A DNA stretch of 64,000 nucleotides, from the NCBI RefSeq assembly GCF_024502345.1, contig NZ_JALDNN010000001.1; one strand, 5' to 3'. This DNA comes from Escherichia coli (GTDB lineage: Bacteria; Pseudomonadota; Gammaproteobacteria; Enterobacterales; Enterobacteriaceae). Shown piece by piece: positions 32,943-44,702 of this stretch; the stretch's first letter is position 1; the number at the start of each line of letters is the position of its first letter. Both the position numbers and the translations under genes were made by a program. The notes under the pieces are model-generated. The model was given only the letters and a program-made list of their open reading frames with translations, ran no database searches and was not told the origin of the DNA.

Positions 32943-34121
32943 CTACAACATGACCTCGCTATTTACATCGCGATACTCTTTTGGCGTCGTGTCATATGCT
33001 TTTTTAAAAACAGAGTAGAAATATTGCAGCGATGGATAACCGCACATTTGCGATATCTCATTGATCGACAAGGTGGTTGAAATCAGCAGACTGCGCGCTT
33101 TCTCCAGCTTCTCGGCATGAATCATGGCATGGATGGTTTCACCCACCTCTTCTTTAAAACGCTTCTCAAGATTGGAGCGCGAGATCCCGACCGCATCGAG
33201 TACCTGATCCACTTTAATCCCTTTACAGGCGTGATTACGAATGTAATGCATGGCCTGAATAACGGCGGGATCGGTCAGCGAGCGGTAATCTGTTGAGCGC
33301 CGTTCAATGACGCGAACTGGTGGGACCAAAATTCGCTGTAGCGGCATTTCTTCTTTATCTAATAATCGATGCAACAGTTTTGCCGCCTGATAGCCCATTT
33401 GCCGCGCGCCCTGAGCGACCGAAGAAAGGGCGACACGCGACAGATAGCGGGTCAGTTCTTCGTTGTCGATGCCAATCACGCATAATTTTTCCGGTACGGG
33501 AATGTGTAGATGTTCACATACTTGCAGAATATGCCGCGCCCGGGCGTCAGTAACGGCAATAATCCCGGTTTGCGGTGGCAGCGTTTGTAGCCAGTCTGCC
33601 AGCCGATTTTGCGCGTGTTGCCAGTTCTCTGGCGCGGTTTCTAACCCCTGATAAACCACTCCGCGATACTTTTCTTCGGCGACAAGCTGACGAAATGCAT
33701 ATTCGCGTTCAGTGGCCCAACGTTTGCCGCTTGATTCCGGAAGACCATAAAAAGCAAAGCGGTTAACGCCTTTCTCTTTTAAATGCAAAAATGCGCTTTC
33801 AACCAGCGCATAGTTATCGGTGGCAATGTAATGAACGGGTGGGTAACTTTCTGCAAGGTGATACGAGCCGCCAACCCCAACAATGGGGACGTCGACATCA
33901 GCCAGCGCTTGCTCGATCTGTTTGTCGTCGAAGTCGGCAATGACGCCATCTCCTAACCAGTCCTTGATTTTATCAATGCGGGCGCGGAAATCTTCTTCAA
34001 TGAAAATATCCCATTCCGATTGTGACGCCTGTAAATATTCCCCTACGCCTTCTACTACCTGCCGGTCATAGGCTTTATTGGCATTGAACAGTAATGTGAT
34101 GCGGTGACGTTTAGTAAACAT
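32943..34121 (-). CDS. xylR: Xylose operon AraC-family activator
   Basis: 392-aa ORF recognised as XylR. Confidence 0.95.
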   Translation of the reverse strand: MFTKRHRITLLFNANKAYDRQVVEGVGEYLQASQSEWDIFIEEDFRARIDKIKDWLGDGVIADFDDKQIEQALADVDVPIVGVGGSYHLAESYPPVHYIATDNYALVESAFLHLKEKGVNRFAFYGLPESSGKRWATEREYAFRQLVAEEKYRGVVYQGLETAPENWQHAQNRLADWLQTLPPQTGIIAVTDARARHILQVCEHLHIPVPEKLCVIGIDNEELTRYLSRVALSSVAQGARQMGYQAAKLLHRLLDKEEMPLQRILVPPVRVIERRSTDYRSLTDPAVIQAMHYIRNHACKGIKVDQVLDAVGISRSNLEKRFKEEVGETIHAMIHAEKLEKARSLLISTTLSINEISQMCGYPSLQYFYSVFKKAYDTTPKEYRDVNSEVML

Positions 34122-34198
34122 GGTTCTTTTCCTGCTGAATCATGCAAAAACTCAAAACCGGTAATACGTTACCGGCTTTGAGAAAATTTTTATCAAAA

Positions 34199-35380
34199 TC
34201 AAGAACGGCGTTTGGTTGCGGAGTCCATCCATACTGCCAGCAACAGAATCGCACCTTTAACGATATACTGCCAGAAGGTCGGTACATCCATCATACTCAT
34301 GCCGTTATCCAGTGAAGCCATGATAAATGCCCCCATTACCGCTCCAGCCACGCTCCCGACACCGCCAGCCAGGCTGGTGCCGCCAATCACGCATGCTGCA
34401 ATTGCGTCCAGCTCGGCGATATTCCCCGCAGAAGGTGAACCAGCGCCAAGTCGAGAACTGAGGATTAATCCGGCGATGGCTACCATTAATCCGTTAATTG
34501 CGAACACGGCAAGTTTGGTGCGTTCAACGTTAATCCCGGAGAGCCGTGCTGCTTCCAGATTGCCGCCGATGGCATAAATGCGTCGTCCAAATGCCGTCCG
34601 CGTTGCCATAAACATTCCGCCGAGTAACAGCAACGTCAGCAGCAGAACAGGAGTGGGAACGCCACGGTAATCATTCAACAGCCAGATTGCGCCTAATACG
34701 ATGATAGCGGTTAAAGCCTGGCGACCGACTACTGCGGTAGAGGCCGGAGACTGCAAACCCAAAGCCTGACGGCGCATTCTTCCGCGCCATTGCCAACCAA
34801 CAAAAGCCATTAAGCCAAGCGCGCCAATGATGAAGCCGGTGCTGGCGGGGAGATAGCTTTGCCCAATTTGTGACATCGCGGCGCTGGTGGGGGATACAGT
34901 CGTGCCGTTGGTGATGCCAATGAGTATGCCGCGAAATGCCAACATGCCCGCGAGAGTGACAATAAATGAAGGGACTTTGCGGTACGCGACCCACCATCCG
35001 TTCCAGGCACCGAGAAGCAGTCCCAGAACCAACGTCACAATGATGGTAAGTGGCAAAGGCCAGCCTAGCCAGACGTCACAAATCGCCGCGACGCCACCTA
35101 ATAGCCCCATCATTGAGCCGACGGAAAGGTCGATTTCAGCAGAAATTATGACGAACACCATTCCTACCGCGAGGATGCCGGTAATCGCGGTCTGGCGTAA
35201 CAGGTTGGAGACGTTACGGGCGCTTAAGTAGGCACCATCGGTGGTCCAGGTAAAGAACAGCATGATTGCGATGATAGCTGCAATCATCACGAAGACCTGC
35301 AAATTCAGTGATTTCAGCCCGGAGAAGCCACCGGATGTCGGTACGGCCAATTTCACTTCAGACGGATTGCTTTTCGACAT
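34199..35380 (-). CDS. xylH: Xylose ABC transporter permease
   Basis: 393 aa, multi-TM; 23-nt overlap with xylG. Confidence 0.95.
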
Positions 35381-36899
35381 GATGTTCGCTCCTCAATGCG
35401 GCTTCCATCACCTGCTCCTGAGTCAGGTTATGATTTATCAGGTTGGCTTTTAGTTTCCCTTCATGCATCACTAGTACACGATCGCTAAGGCCGAGCACTT
35501 CAGGTAATTCGGAAGAGATGACAATAACGGCAATACCCTGCTGGACGAGTTGGTTAATTAATTTGTAGATCTCGTATTTCGCGCCAATATCGATACCCCT
35601 GGTGGGTTCATCAAGAATGAGAATGCGCGGGTTAAGTAACAGACAGCGAGCGAGGATCGCTTTTTGCTGATTGCCGCCGCTCAAACGTCCAATAGCAAGG
35701 TCGGGGGACGACGTTTTAACTTTGAGTTGCTGGATTGATTCCAGAATACATTTTTGCTCTGCCGCGTCATCAAGCTGGCTAATGCCACCGGTAAATTTAT
35801 TGAGTGCGGCGAGGGTAATATTTTTACCAGCCGCCATTACCGGAACGATGCCGTCGCGCTTTCTGTCTTCGGGGACCATCGCAATCCCCTGGGCGATGGC
35901 TTGCTGACAGTTACGAATATCTACCTGTTTGCCATCAATATAAATTTTTCCTTCCCATTGTCCGGGCCACACACCAAACAGGCACTGAATGGTCTCGGTA
36001 CGTCCGGCACCAACGAGTCCGGCAATACCCAGTATTTCGCCACGTTTCAGGGAAAACGAGACATCATTAACTCGTTTAATATGACGATTAACCGGATGCC
36101 ATGCCGTCAGATGTTCAATACGTAATATTTCATCTCCGGTGGTATGTGGTTCATTAGGGTAAAGCGCGGTTAACTCTCGCCCGACCATCATGGTGATAAT
36201 ATCGTCTTCACTCATTCCGGCAGCATCACGCGTACCAATGTGCTGTCCGTCGCGAATAACGCAAATCGTATCGGAAATCGCTTTGACTTCGTTGAGTTTG
36301 TGCGAAATATAAATACAGGCGATACCGTGCTGTTGTAGATCGCGAATAATATCCAGTAAAACCGACGTTTCCTGCTCAGTTAATGAGGCTGTCGGTTCAT
36401 CGAGAATTAACAAGCGCACCTGTTTATTAAGTGCCTTGGCAATTTCAACCAGTTGTTGTTGCCCAAGCCCTAAATCGCCAACGCGGGTATCAGGTGAAAT
36501 GGATAAACTGACCTGTGCGAGCAGCTTCTGACAGCGTAGCGTCATCAGGTCATAATCCATAATGCCATTGTGGGTTATTTCGTTACCCAGGAAGATATTT
36601 TCCAGCACGGTCAATTCTTTCACCAGGGCCAATTCCTGGTGAATGATGGCGATACCTTTGCGTTCGGTATCGCGGATGTGACTCGCCTGAATCTCTTCTC
36701 CCGCAAAAATAATTTCGCCTTCGTAGGAGCCATGGGGATAAATACCACACAGCACTTTCATCAGCGTTGATTTACCAGACCCATTTTCCCCACAGAGTGA
36801 GACGATTTCGCCAGCATTCAACCGCAAGCTGACGTTATCAATCGCCTTCACACTGCCGAAGGTTTTGGTAATGTTCTTCATTTCAAGTAGATAAGGCAT
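35358..36899 (-). CDS. xylG: Xylose ABC transporter ATP-binding protein
   Basis: 513 aa with duplicated Walker A motifs ([18 protein letters not shown]). Confidence 0.95.
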
Positions 36900-36976
36900 A
36901 ACGACTCCACCTAAGCCAATTCATTCACGCGGCATGGAGAGAAATCACGCCCCCGCTCCGCGCCGGGGCGTAACGC

Positions 36977-37969
36977 TTACAGCTCGCTCTCTTTGTGGAA
37001 TCCGTCTTTAACTACCGTGTCTTTGATGTTGTTTTTATTCACATCGATCGGTGTCAGGAGGCGGGAGGGCACATCTTTCAGGCCATTATTCAGTGTGGTA
37101 TCTGCTTTTGGTTCCTGACCATTGCCCAACTCAACGGCAATTTCTGCGGCAGTATTTGCCAGCAATGTAATAGGTTTATACACCGTCATAGTTTGCGTAC
37201 CGGCAGCAATACGTTTAATACCTGCGAGATCCGCATCCTGGCCGGAAATTGCTACTTTCCCTGATAAACCTTGCGCGCTTAATGCCTGAATTGCCCCACC
37301 TGCGGTGGCATCGTTTGAGGCAACTACAGCATCAATTTTGTTATTATTGGCGGTTAGCGCGTTTTCCATAATTTTCAATGCGTTTTCCGGTAACCAGCCA
37401 TCAACCCATTGGTCACCAACGACTTTAATTTTTCCGGAATCAACGTAAGGTTTTAACACTTTCATTTGTCCGGCGCGGAACAGCTTGGCGTTGTTATCTA
37501 CCGGCGAGCCGCCCATCAGGAAGTAATTACCTTGCGGAACAATATCGACCAGGGCTTTTGCCTGCAGTTCACCGACTTTTTCGTTATCGAAAGAAATATA
37601 AAAATCGATATCCGCATCGTTAATCATACGGTCGTAAGCTAATACTTTAATGCCTTCTTGTTTGGCTTCTTTTACAACGTTACTTAATACCTGACCGTTA
37701 TACGGAATAATGACAAGAACATCGACACCCCGGTTAATCATGTTTTCAATCTGCGACATTTGTGTTTCTTCATTGCCATTTGCAGACTGTACAAATACTT
37801 TCGCGCCGAGAGATTCTGCCTTTTTCACAAAAATATCTCGATCTTTTTGCCAGCGTTCAAGACGGAGATCATCAATCGCCATACCTATTTTGACTTCTTT
37901 GGCGTGTGCCGCAACGTTGGTAAGCAGAAGTGAGGTGCAAAGGGTGAGTAGAATGTTCTTTATTTTCAT
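36977..37969 (-). CDS. xylF: Xylose-binding periplasmic protein
   Basis: Begins MKIKNILLTLCTSLLLTNVAAHA, 330 aa; ORF-track entry extended 26 codons upstream. Confidence 0.95.
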   Translation of the reverse strand: MKIKNILLTLCTSLLLTNVAAHAKEVKIGMAIDDLRLERWQKDRDIFVKKAESLGAKVFVQSANGNEETQMSQIENMINRGVDVLVIIPYNGQVLSNVVKEAKQEGIKVLAYDRMINDADIDFYISFDNEKVGELQAKALVDIVPQGNYFLMGGSPVDNNAKLFRAGQMKVLKPYVDSGKIKVVGDQWVDGWLPENALKIMENALTANNNKIDAVVASNDATAGGAIQALSAQGLSGKVAISGQDADLAGIKRIAAGTQTMTVYKPITLLANTAAEIAVELGNGQEPKADTTLNNGLKDVPSRLLTPIDVNKNNIKDTVVKDGFHKESEL

Positions 37970-38047
37970 GGTGTAGGGCCTTCTGTAGTTAGAGGACAGC
38001 TTTAATAAGTAACAATCACCGCGATAAACGTAACCAATTTTTAGCAA

Positions 38048-38334
38048 CTAAACAGGGGAAAACAATTACAGATTTTTATCTTTCGATTACGATTTTTGGT
38101 TTATTTCTTGATTTATGACCGAGATCTTACTTTTGTTGCGCAATTGTACTTATTGCATTTTTATCTTCGAGGAATTACCCAGTTTCATCATCCCATTTTA
38201 TTTTGCGAGCGAGCGCACACTTGTGAATTATCTCAATAGCAGTGTGAAATAACATAATTGAGCAACTGAAAGGGAGTGCCCAATATTACGACATCATCCA
38301 TCACCCGCGGCATTACCTGATTATGGAGTTCAAT
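38048..38334. promoter_or_regulatory. Divergent xylF / xylA promoter region (XylR and CRP control)
   Basis: AT-rich intergenic region; CRP-like motifs ttgtgaattatctcaat and agtgtgaaataacat around 38219-38250; regulatory architecture known from K-12. Confidence 0.6.
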
Positions 38335-39657
38335 ATGCAAGCCTATTTTGACCAGCTCGATCGCGTTCGTTATGAAGGCTCAAAATCCTCAAACCCGTTA
38401 GCATTCCGTCACTACAATCCCGACGAACTGGTGTTGGGTAAGCGTATGGAAGAGCACTTGCGTTTTGCCGCCTGCTACTGGCACACCTTCTGCTGGAACG
38501 GGGCGGACATGTTTGGTGTGGGGGCGTTTAATCGTCCGTGGCAGCAGCCTGGTGAGGCACTGGCGTTGGCGAAGCGTAAAGCAGATGTCGCATTTGAGTT
38601 TTTCCACAAGTTACATGTGCCATTTTATTGCTTCCACGATGTGGATGTTTCCCCTGAGGGCGCGTCGTTAAAAGAGTACATCAATAATTTTGCGCAAATG
38701 GTTGATGTCCTGGCAGCCAAGCAAGAAGAGAGCGGCGTGAAGCTGCTGTGGGGAACCGCTAACTGCTTTACAAACCCTCGCTATGGCGCGGGTGCGGCGA
38801 CGAACCCAGATCCTGAAGTCTTCAGCTGGGCGGCAACGCAAGTTGTTACAGCGATGGAAGCAACCCATAAATTGGGCGGTGAAAACTATGTCCTGTGGGG
38901 TGGTCGTGAAGGTTACGAAACGCTGTTAAATACCGACTTGCGTCAGGAGCGTGAACAACTGGGCCGCTTTATGCAGATGGTGGTTGAGCATAAACATAAA
39001 ATCGGCTTCCAGGGCACGTTGCTTATCGAACCGAAACCGCAAGAACCGACTAAACATCAATATGATTACGATGCCGCGACGGTCTATGGCTTCCTGAAAC
39101 AGTTTGGTCTGGAAAAAGAGATTAAACTGAACATTGAAGCTAACCACGCGACGCTGGCAGGTCACTCTTTCCATCATGAAATAGCCACCGCCATTGCGCT
39201 TGGCCTGTTCGGTTCTGTCGACGCCAACCGTGGCGATGCGCAACTGGGCTGGGACACCGACCAGTTCCCGAACAGTGTGGAAGAGAATGCGCTGGTGATG
39301 TATGAAATTCTCAAAGCAGGCGGTTTCACCACCGGTGGTCTGAACTTCGATGCCAAAGTACGTCGTCAAAGTACTGATAAATATGATCTGTTTTACGGTC
39401 ATATCGGCGCGATGGATACGATGGCACTGGCGCTGAAAATTGCAGCGCGCATGATTGAAGATGGCGAGCTGGATAAACGCATCGCGCAGCGTTATTCCGG
39501 CTGGAATAGCGAATTGGGCCAGCAAATCCTGAAAGGCCAAATGTCACTGGCAGATTTAGCCAAATATGCTCAGGAACATAATTTGTCTCCGGTGCATCAG
39601 AGTGGTCGCCAGGAGCAACTGGAAAATCTGGTAAATCATTATCTGTTCGACAAATAA
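38335..39657 (+). CDS. xylA: Xylose isomerase
   Basis: Begins [15 protein letters not shown], 440 aa. Confidence 0.96.
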   Translation: MQAYFDQLDRVRYEGSKSSNPLAFRHYNPDELVLGKRMEEHLRFAACYWHTFCWNGADMFGVGAFNRPWQQPGEALALAKRKADVAFEFFHKLHVPFYCFHDVDVSPEGASLKEYINNFAQMVDVLAAKQEESGVKLLWGTANCFTNPRYGAGAATNPDPEVFSWAATQVVTAMEATHKLGGENYVLWGGREGYETLLNTDLRQEREQLGRFMQMVVEHKHKIGFQGTLLIEPKPQEPTKHQYDYDAATVYGFLKQFGLEKEIKLNIEANHATLAGHSFHHEIATAIALGLFGSVDANRGDAQLGWDTDQFPNSVEENALVMYEILKAGGFTTGGLNFDAKVRRQSTDKYDLFYGHIGAMDTMALALKIAARMIEDGELDKRIAQRYSGWNSELGQQILKGQMSLADLAKYAQEHNLSPVHQSGRQEQLENLVNHYLFDK

Positions 39658-39728
39658 CGGCTAACTGTGCAGTCCGTTGGCCCGGTTATCGGTAGCGATA
39701 CCGGGCATTTTTTTAAGGAACGATCGAT

Positions 39729-41183
39729 ATGTATATCGGGATAGATCTTGGCACCTCGGGCGTAAAAGTTATTTTGCTCAACGAGCAGGGTGAGGTGGTT
39801 GCTTCGCAAACGGAAAAGCTGACCGTTTCGCGCCCGCATCCACTCTGGTCGGAACAAGACCCGGAACAGTGGTGGCAGGCAACTGATCGCGCAATGAAAG
39901 CTCTGGGCGATCAGCATTCTCTGCAGGACGTTAAAGCATTGGGTATTGCCGGCCAGATGCATGGAGCAACCTTACTGGATGCTCAACAACGGGTATTGCG
40001 CCCTGCCATTTTGTGGAACGACGGGCGCTGTGCGCAAGAGTGCACTTTGCTGGAAGCGAGAGTTCCGCAATCACGAGTGATTACCGGCAACCTGATGATG
40101 CCCGGATTTACTGCGCCTAAATTGCTATGGGTTCAGCGGCATGAGCCGGAGATATTCCGTCAAATCGACAAAGTATTATTACCGAAAGATTACTTGCGTC
40201 TGCGTATGACGGGGGAGTTTGCCAGCGATATGTCTGACGCAGCTGGCACCATGTGGCTGGATGTCGCAAAGCGTGACTGGAGTGACGTCATGCTGCAGGC
40301 TTGCGACTTATCTCGTGACCAGATGCCCGCATTATACGAAGGCAGCGAAATTACTGGTGCTTTGTTACCTGAAGTTGCGAAAGCGTGGGGTATGGCGACG
40401 GTGCCAGTTGTCGCAGGCGGTGGCGACAATGCAGCTGGTGCAGTTGGTGTGGGAATGGTTGATGCTAATCAGGCAATGTTATCGCTGGGGACGTCGGGGG
40501 TCTATTTTGCTGTCAGCGAAGGGTTCTTAAGCAAGCCAGAAAGCGCTGTACACAGCTTTTGCCATGCGCTACCGCAGCGTTGGCATTTAATGTCTGTAAT
40601 GCTGAGTGCAGCATCGTGTCTGGATTGGGTCGCGAAATTAACCGGCCTGTGCAATGTCCCAGCTTTAATCGCTGCAGCTCAACAGGCTGATGAAAGTGCC
40701 GAGCCAGTTTGGTTTCTGCCTTATCTTTCCGGCGAGCGTACACCACACAATAATCCCCAGGCGAAGGGGGTTTTCTTTGGTTTGACTCATCAACATGGCC
40801 CCAATGAACTGGCGCGAGCAGTGCTGGAAGGCGTGGGTTATGCGCTGGCAGATGGCATGGATGTCGTGCATGCCTGCGGCATTAAACCGCAAAGTGTTAC
40901 GTTGATTGGTGGCGGGGCGCGTAGTGAGTACTGGCGTCAGATGCTGGCGGATATCAGCGGTCAGCAGCTCGATTACCGTACGGGGGGGGATGTGGGGCCA
41001 GCACTGGGCGCAGCAAGGCTGGCGCAGATTGCGGCGAATCCAGAGAAATCGCTCATTGAGTTGTTGCCGCAGCTACCGTTAGAACAGTCGCATCTACCAG
41101 ATGCGCAGCGTTATGCCGCTTATCAGCCACGACGTGAAACGTTCCGTCGCCTCTATCAGCAACTTCTGCCATTAATGGCGTAA
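39729..41183 (+). CDS. xylB: Xylulokinase
   Basis: 484 aa, FGGY kinase N-terminus MYIGIDLGTSGVK. Confidence 0.95.
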   Translation: MYIGIDLGTSGVKVILLNEQGEVVASQTEKLTVSRPHPLWSEQDPEQWWQATDRAMKALGDQHSLQDVKALGIAGQMHGATLLDAQQRVLRPAILWNDGRCAQECTLLEARVPQSRVITGNLMMPGFTAPKLLWVQRHEPEIFRQIDKVLLPKDYLRLRMTGEFASDMSDAAGTMWLDVAKRDWSDVMLQACDLSRDQMPALYEGSEITGALLPEVAKAWGMATVPVVAGGGDNAAGAVGVGMVDANQAMLSLGTSGVYFAVSEGFLSKPESAVHSFCHALPQRWHLMSVMLSAASCLDWVAKLTGLCNVPALIAAAQQADESAEPVWFLPYLSGERTPHNNPQAKGVFFGLTHQHGPNELARAVLEGVGYALADGMDVVHACGIKPQSVTLIGGGARSEYWRQMLADISGQQLDYRTGGDVGPALGAARLAQIAANPEKSLIELLPQLPLEQSHLPDAQRYAAYQPRRETFRRLYQQLLPLMA

Positions 41184-41351
41184 ACGTTATCCCCTGCCTG
41201 ACCGGGTGGGGGATAATTCACATCTATATATCTCACTAATTAATTAATATTTAGTATGAATTTATTCTGAAAATCATTTGTTAATGGCATTTTTCAGTTT
41301 TGTCTTTCGTTGGTTACTCGTAATGTATCGCTGGTAGATATGGAGATCGTT

Positions 41352-41693
41352 ATGAAAACCTCAAAAACTGTGGCAAAACTATTATTTGTTGTCGGGGCGC
41401 TGGTTTATCTGGTTGGGCTATGGATCTCATGCCCATTGTTGAGTGGAAAAGGCTATTTTCTTGGCGTGTTAATGACAGCAACTTTTGGCAACTATGCATA
41501 TCTTCGCGCAGAAAAACTCGGGCAATTGGATAATTTTTTTACCCATATTTGCCAGTTAGTTGCGTTAATCACTATCGGTCTCTTGTTTATCGGTGTTTTA
41601 AATGCACCTATCAATGCTTATGAAATGGTGATCTACCCCATCGCCTTTTTTGTCTGCTTGTTTGGTCAAATGCGTTTGTTTCGCTCGGTATGA
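41352..41693 (+). CDS. yiaB: Inner-membrane protein YiaB
   Basis: 113 aa from MKTSKTVAKLL; paralog of YiaA. Confidence 0.8.
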   Translation: MKTSKTVAKLLFVVGALVYLVGLWISCPLLSGKGYFLGVLMTATFGNYAYLRAEKLGQLDNFFTHICQLVALITIGLLFIGVLNAPINAYEMVIYPIAFFVCLFGQMRLFRSV

Positions 41694-41735
41694 GCAACAT
41701 AAAGCTCTTACACATTCAGGAATGAAAGGAATACT

Positions 41736-42176
41736 GTGATGGACAACAAAATATCAACCTATTCACCCGCCTTTAGTATTGTGTCATGGATAGCTCTCGT
41801 TGGTGGTATCGTTACCTATCTGTTAGGGCTATGGAATGCAGAGATGCAGTTAAATGAAAAAGGGTATTATTTTGCCGTACTGGTGTTAGGACTGTTTTCT
41901 GCTGCGTCTTATCAAAAGACCGTTCGGGACAAGTATGAAGGCATACCGACCACTTCCATTTATTATATGACCTGCCTGACTGTCTTTATTATCTCTGTTG
42001 CATTACTGATGGTAGGTCTGTGGAATGCGACATTATTACTCAGTGAAAAAGGTTTTTATGGACTGGCTTTCTTCTTAAGCTTGTTTGGTGCAGTAGCGGT
42101 GCAGAAGAATATTCGTGATGCCGGAATAAACCCGCCAAAAGAAACACAGGTTACCCAGGAAGAATACAGCGAATAA
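41736..42176 (+). CDS. yiaA: Inner-membrane protein YiaA
   Basis: 146-aa ORF with an internally duplicated membrane domain. Confidence 0.8.
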
Positions 42177-42217
42177 TTCACGTAAGCCCGGTCAGTCCAA
42201 TGTGAACGGGCTTTTAC

Positions 42218-43213
42218 TTAACTCACTAATCTGTTTCTGTCGATTCGTTGTACCAGCATAGAAAGTAACAAACTCGCTGCCAACGTCGCGCAAAAGATCC
42301 AAATAATATCCAGTATTGGCCAATTTTTAAGCTCAATTCCCCGGGTGCGCAGCGCATGGATAATCAAGGCGTGGAATCCGTATATACCCAATGAATGGCG
42401 GGAGATTAAGCCAAGTCCGCGAATGGTACGCGTATCCAGCGTGTTTTTAACCAGAGTCAATAGCGCGATTGCGCAGATAAAAACCATCGGCCCACAGTAA
42501 AGATACCAGGTATCGGCAAAATTTCCGCGCCACTGCAATTCATATAATGTCCCGCGAGAGATAATAAAAACCCCCGTCGCAAACAGCGCGGCGCTCACCC
42601 ACGACAGTGCTTTATGCTGTGTGTCCATCATCCCTATAGCGCGGCCCAACATGCCATACAGAATGTAGTAAAAAGTATCGCCATTGATATATAAGTTAAT
42701 TGGCAGCCATTCAAAACCGTCAATTTTCTGCGGCACTGTGTTTGGGTTAGCGATAATGCCAATCACCGCCATTAGCACCAGCAACATTTTTCCGCCGACG
42801 TTCTTCACCTGAATCAGCGGTGAAACCAGATAAATCACCGCAATCGCGAAGAAAAACCACAAGTGGTAAAACACTGGCTTTTGCAGCAGGTTTTTCAGCG
42901 CTAACTCCATATTGATGGAGGTAAACAGCGCAATGTAGAGCAGTGCGATTGCGCTATAAAAAATCAGACATAAGCCGATACGCAAGAAATGGCGCGGCTG
43001 GGCGCTGCGTTCGCCAAAAAAGAGATAGCCGGAAATCATGAAAAATAGCGGCACGCTGACACGAGAGGCAGAATTCAGAACATTGGCGATATCCCATGTG
43101 ACGGGGCTAACACTATGAGCATTGGTCACATACCAGGTAGTGGTGTGAATCATCACCACCATTAAACACGCTATCCCTCGCAGGTTATCAATCCAGTAAA
43201 TTTTGGGCTGCAT
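42218..43213 (-). CDS. wecH: O-acetyltransferase WecH (acyltransferase-3 family)
   Basis: 331 aa, polytopic membrane protein. Confidence 0.88.
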
Positions 43214-43387
43214 CTGTGTCTCTGTATCTGGTTAAAAAAAGTCTGACCGATAAATCATTTGGTTGGCGCACTGGAATAATCTGAGTTTTATCACTACAGC
43301 TTATAGAGGCTTAAGGAAATTCGTAAGATATCAGCCACTATACCGATATAAATAATAAGACTCACCTGCAAACCAGACGGTAATTTA

Positions 43388-43687
43388 ATGATGATGAACG
43401 CTTTCTTTCCGGCAATGGCGCTTATGGTGCTAGTGGGTTGTTCTACACCGTCACCCGTGCAGAAAGCACAACGGGTAAAGGTTGATCCTCTGCGTTCGTT
43501 GAATATGGAAGCGTTATGCAAGGATCAGGCGGCAAAACGTTATAACACCGGCGAGCAAAAAATCGACGTCACCGCCTTCGAACAGTTCCAGGGAAGCTAT
43601 GAAATGCGCGGTTATACCTTCCGTAAAGAGCAGTTTGTCTGTTCTTTTGACGCAGATGGCCATTTTTTGCATCTTTCCATGCGTTAA
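43388..43687 (+). CDS. ysaB: Lipoprotein YsaB
   Basis: 99 aa, lipobox LVGCS. Confidence 0.8.
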   Translation: MMMNAFFPAMALMVLVGCSTPSPVQKAQRVKVDPLRSLNMEALCKDQAAKRYNTGEQKIDVTAFEQFQGSYEMRGYTFRKEQFVCSFDADGHFLHLSMR

Positions 43688-43781
43688 GCCCTGCTTTTTC
43701 CCGTTTCGTACTGTATATCTTCCATCCAGCGGGTATACTGATCCCTTCCTTTAAATCCACACGTATCCAGCACGAAATAAT

Positions 43782-44693
43782 ATGCAAAAGTTTGATACCA
43801 GGACCTTCCAGGGCTTGATCCTGACCTTACAGGATTACTGGGCTCGCCAGGGCTGCACCATTGTTCAACCATTGGACATGGAAGTCGGCGCGGGAACCTC
43901 TCACCCAATGACCTGTCTGCGCGCGCTGGGGCCAGAACCGATGGCGGCTGCTTATGTTCAGCCTTCTCGTCGCCCGACCGATGGTCGCTACGGCGAAAAC
44001 CCCAACCGTTTACAGCACTACTATCAGTTCCAGGTGGTCATTAAGCCATCGCCGGACAATATTCAGGAGCTGTACCTCGGTTCTCTGAAAGAGCTGGGCA
44101 TGGACCCGACTATTCACGACATCCGTTTCGTGGAAGATAACTGGGAAAACCCGACTCTGGGTGCCTGGGGACTGGGCTGGGAAGTGTGGCTAAACGGCAT
44201 GGAAGTGACGCAGTTCACTTACTTCCAGCAGGTTGGTGGTCTGGAGTGTAAACCGGTTACCGGCGAGATCACCTACGGTCTGGAACGTCTGGCCATGTAC
44301 ATTCAGGGCGTAGACAGCGTTTACGACCTGGTCTGGAGCGACGGCCCGCTGGGTAAAACCACCTACGGCGACGTGTTCCATCAGAACGAAGTGGAGCAGT
44401 CCACTTACAACTTCGAATACGCGGATGTGGACTTCCTGTTCACCTGCTTTGAGCAGTACGAGAAAGAAGCGCAGCAGCTGCTGGCGCTGGAAAATCCGCT
44501 GCCGCTGCCAGCCTACGAGCGTATTCTGAAAGCCGCCCACAGCTTCAACCTGCTGGATGCGCGTAAAGCCATCTCCGTCACCGAGCGTCAGCGCTACATT
44601 CTGCGCATTCGCACCCTGACCAAAGCAGTGGCAGAAGCATACTACGCTTCCCGTGAAGCCCTCGGCTTCCCGATGTGCAACAAAGATAAGTAA
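43782..44693 (+). CDS. glyQ: Glycine--tRNA ligase alpha subunit
   Basis: 303-aa ORF recognised as GlyQ. Confidence 0.96.
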
Positions 44694-44702
44694 GAGGCGG
44701 CT

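Noticed and set aside
38926-39540. 204-aa minus-strand ORF
   Set aside because: Antisense within xylA.
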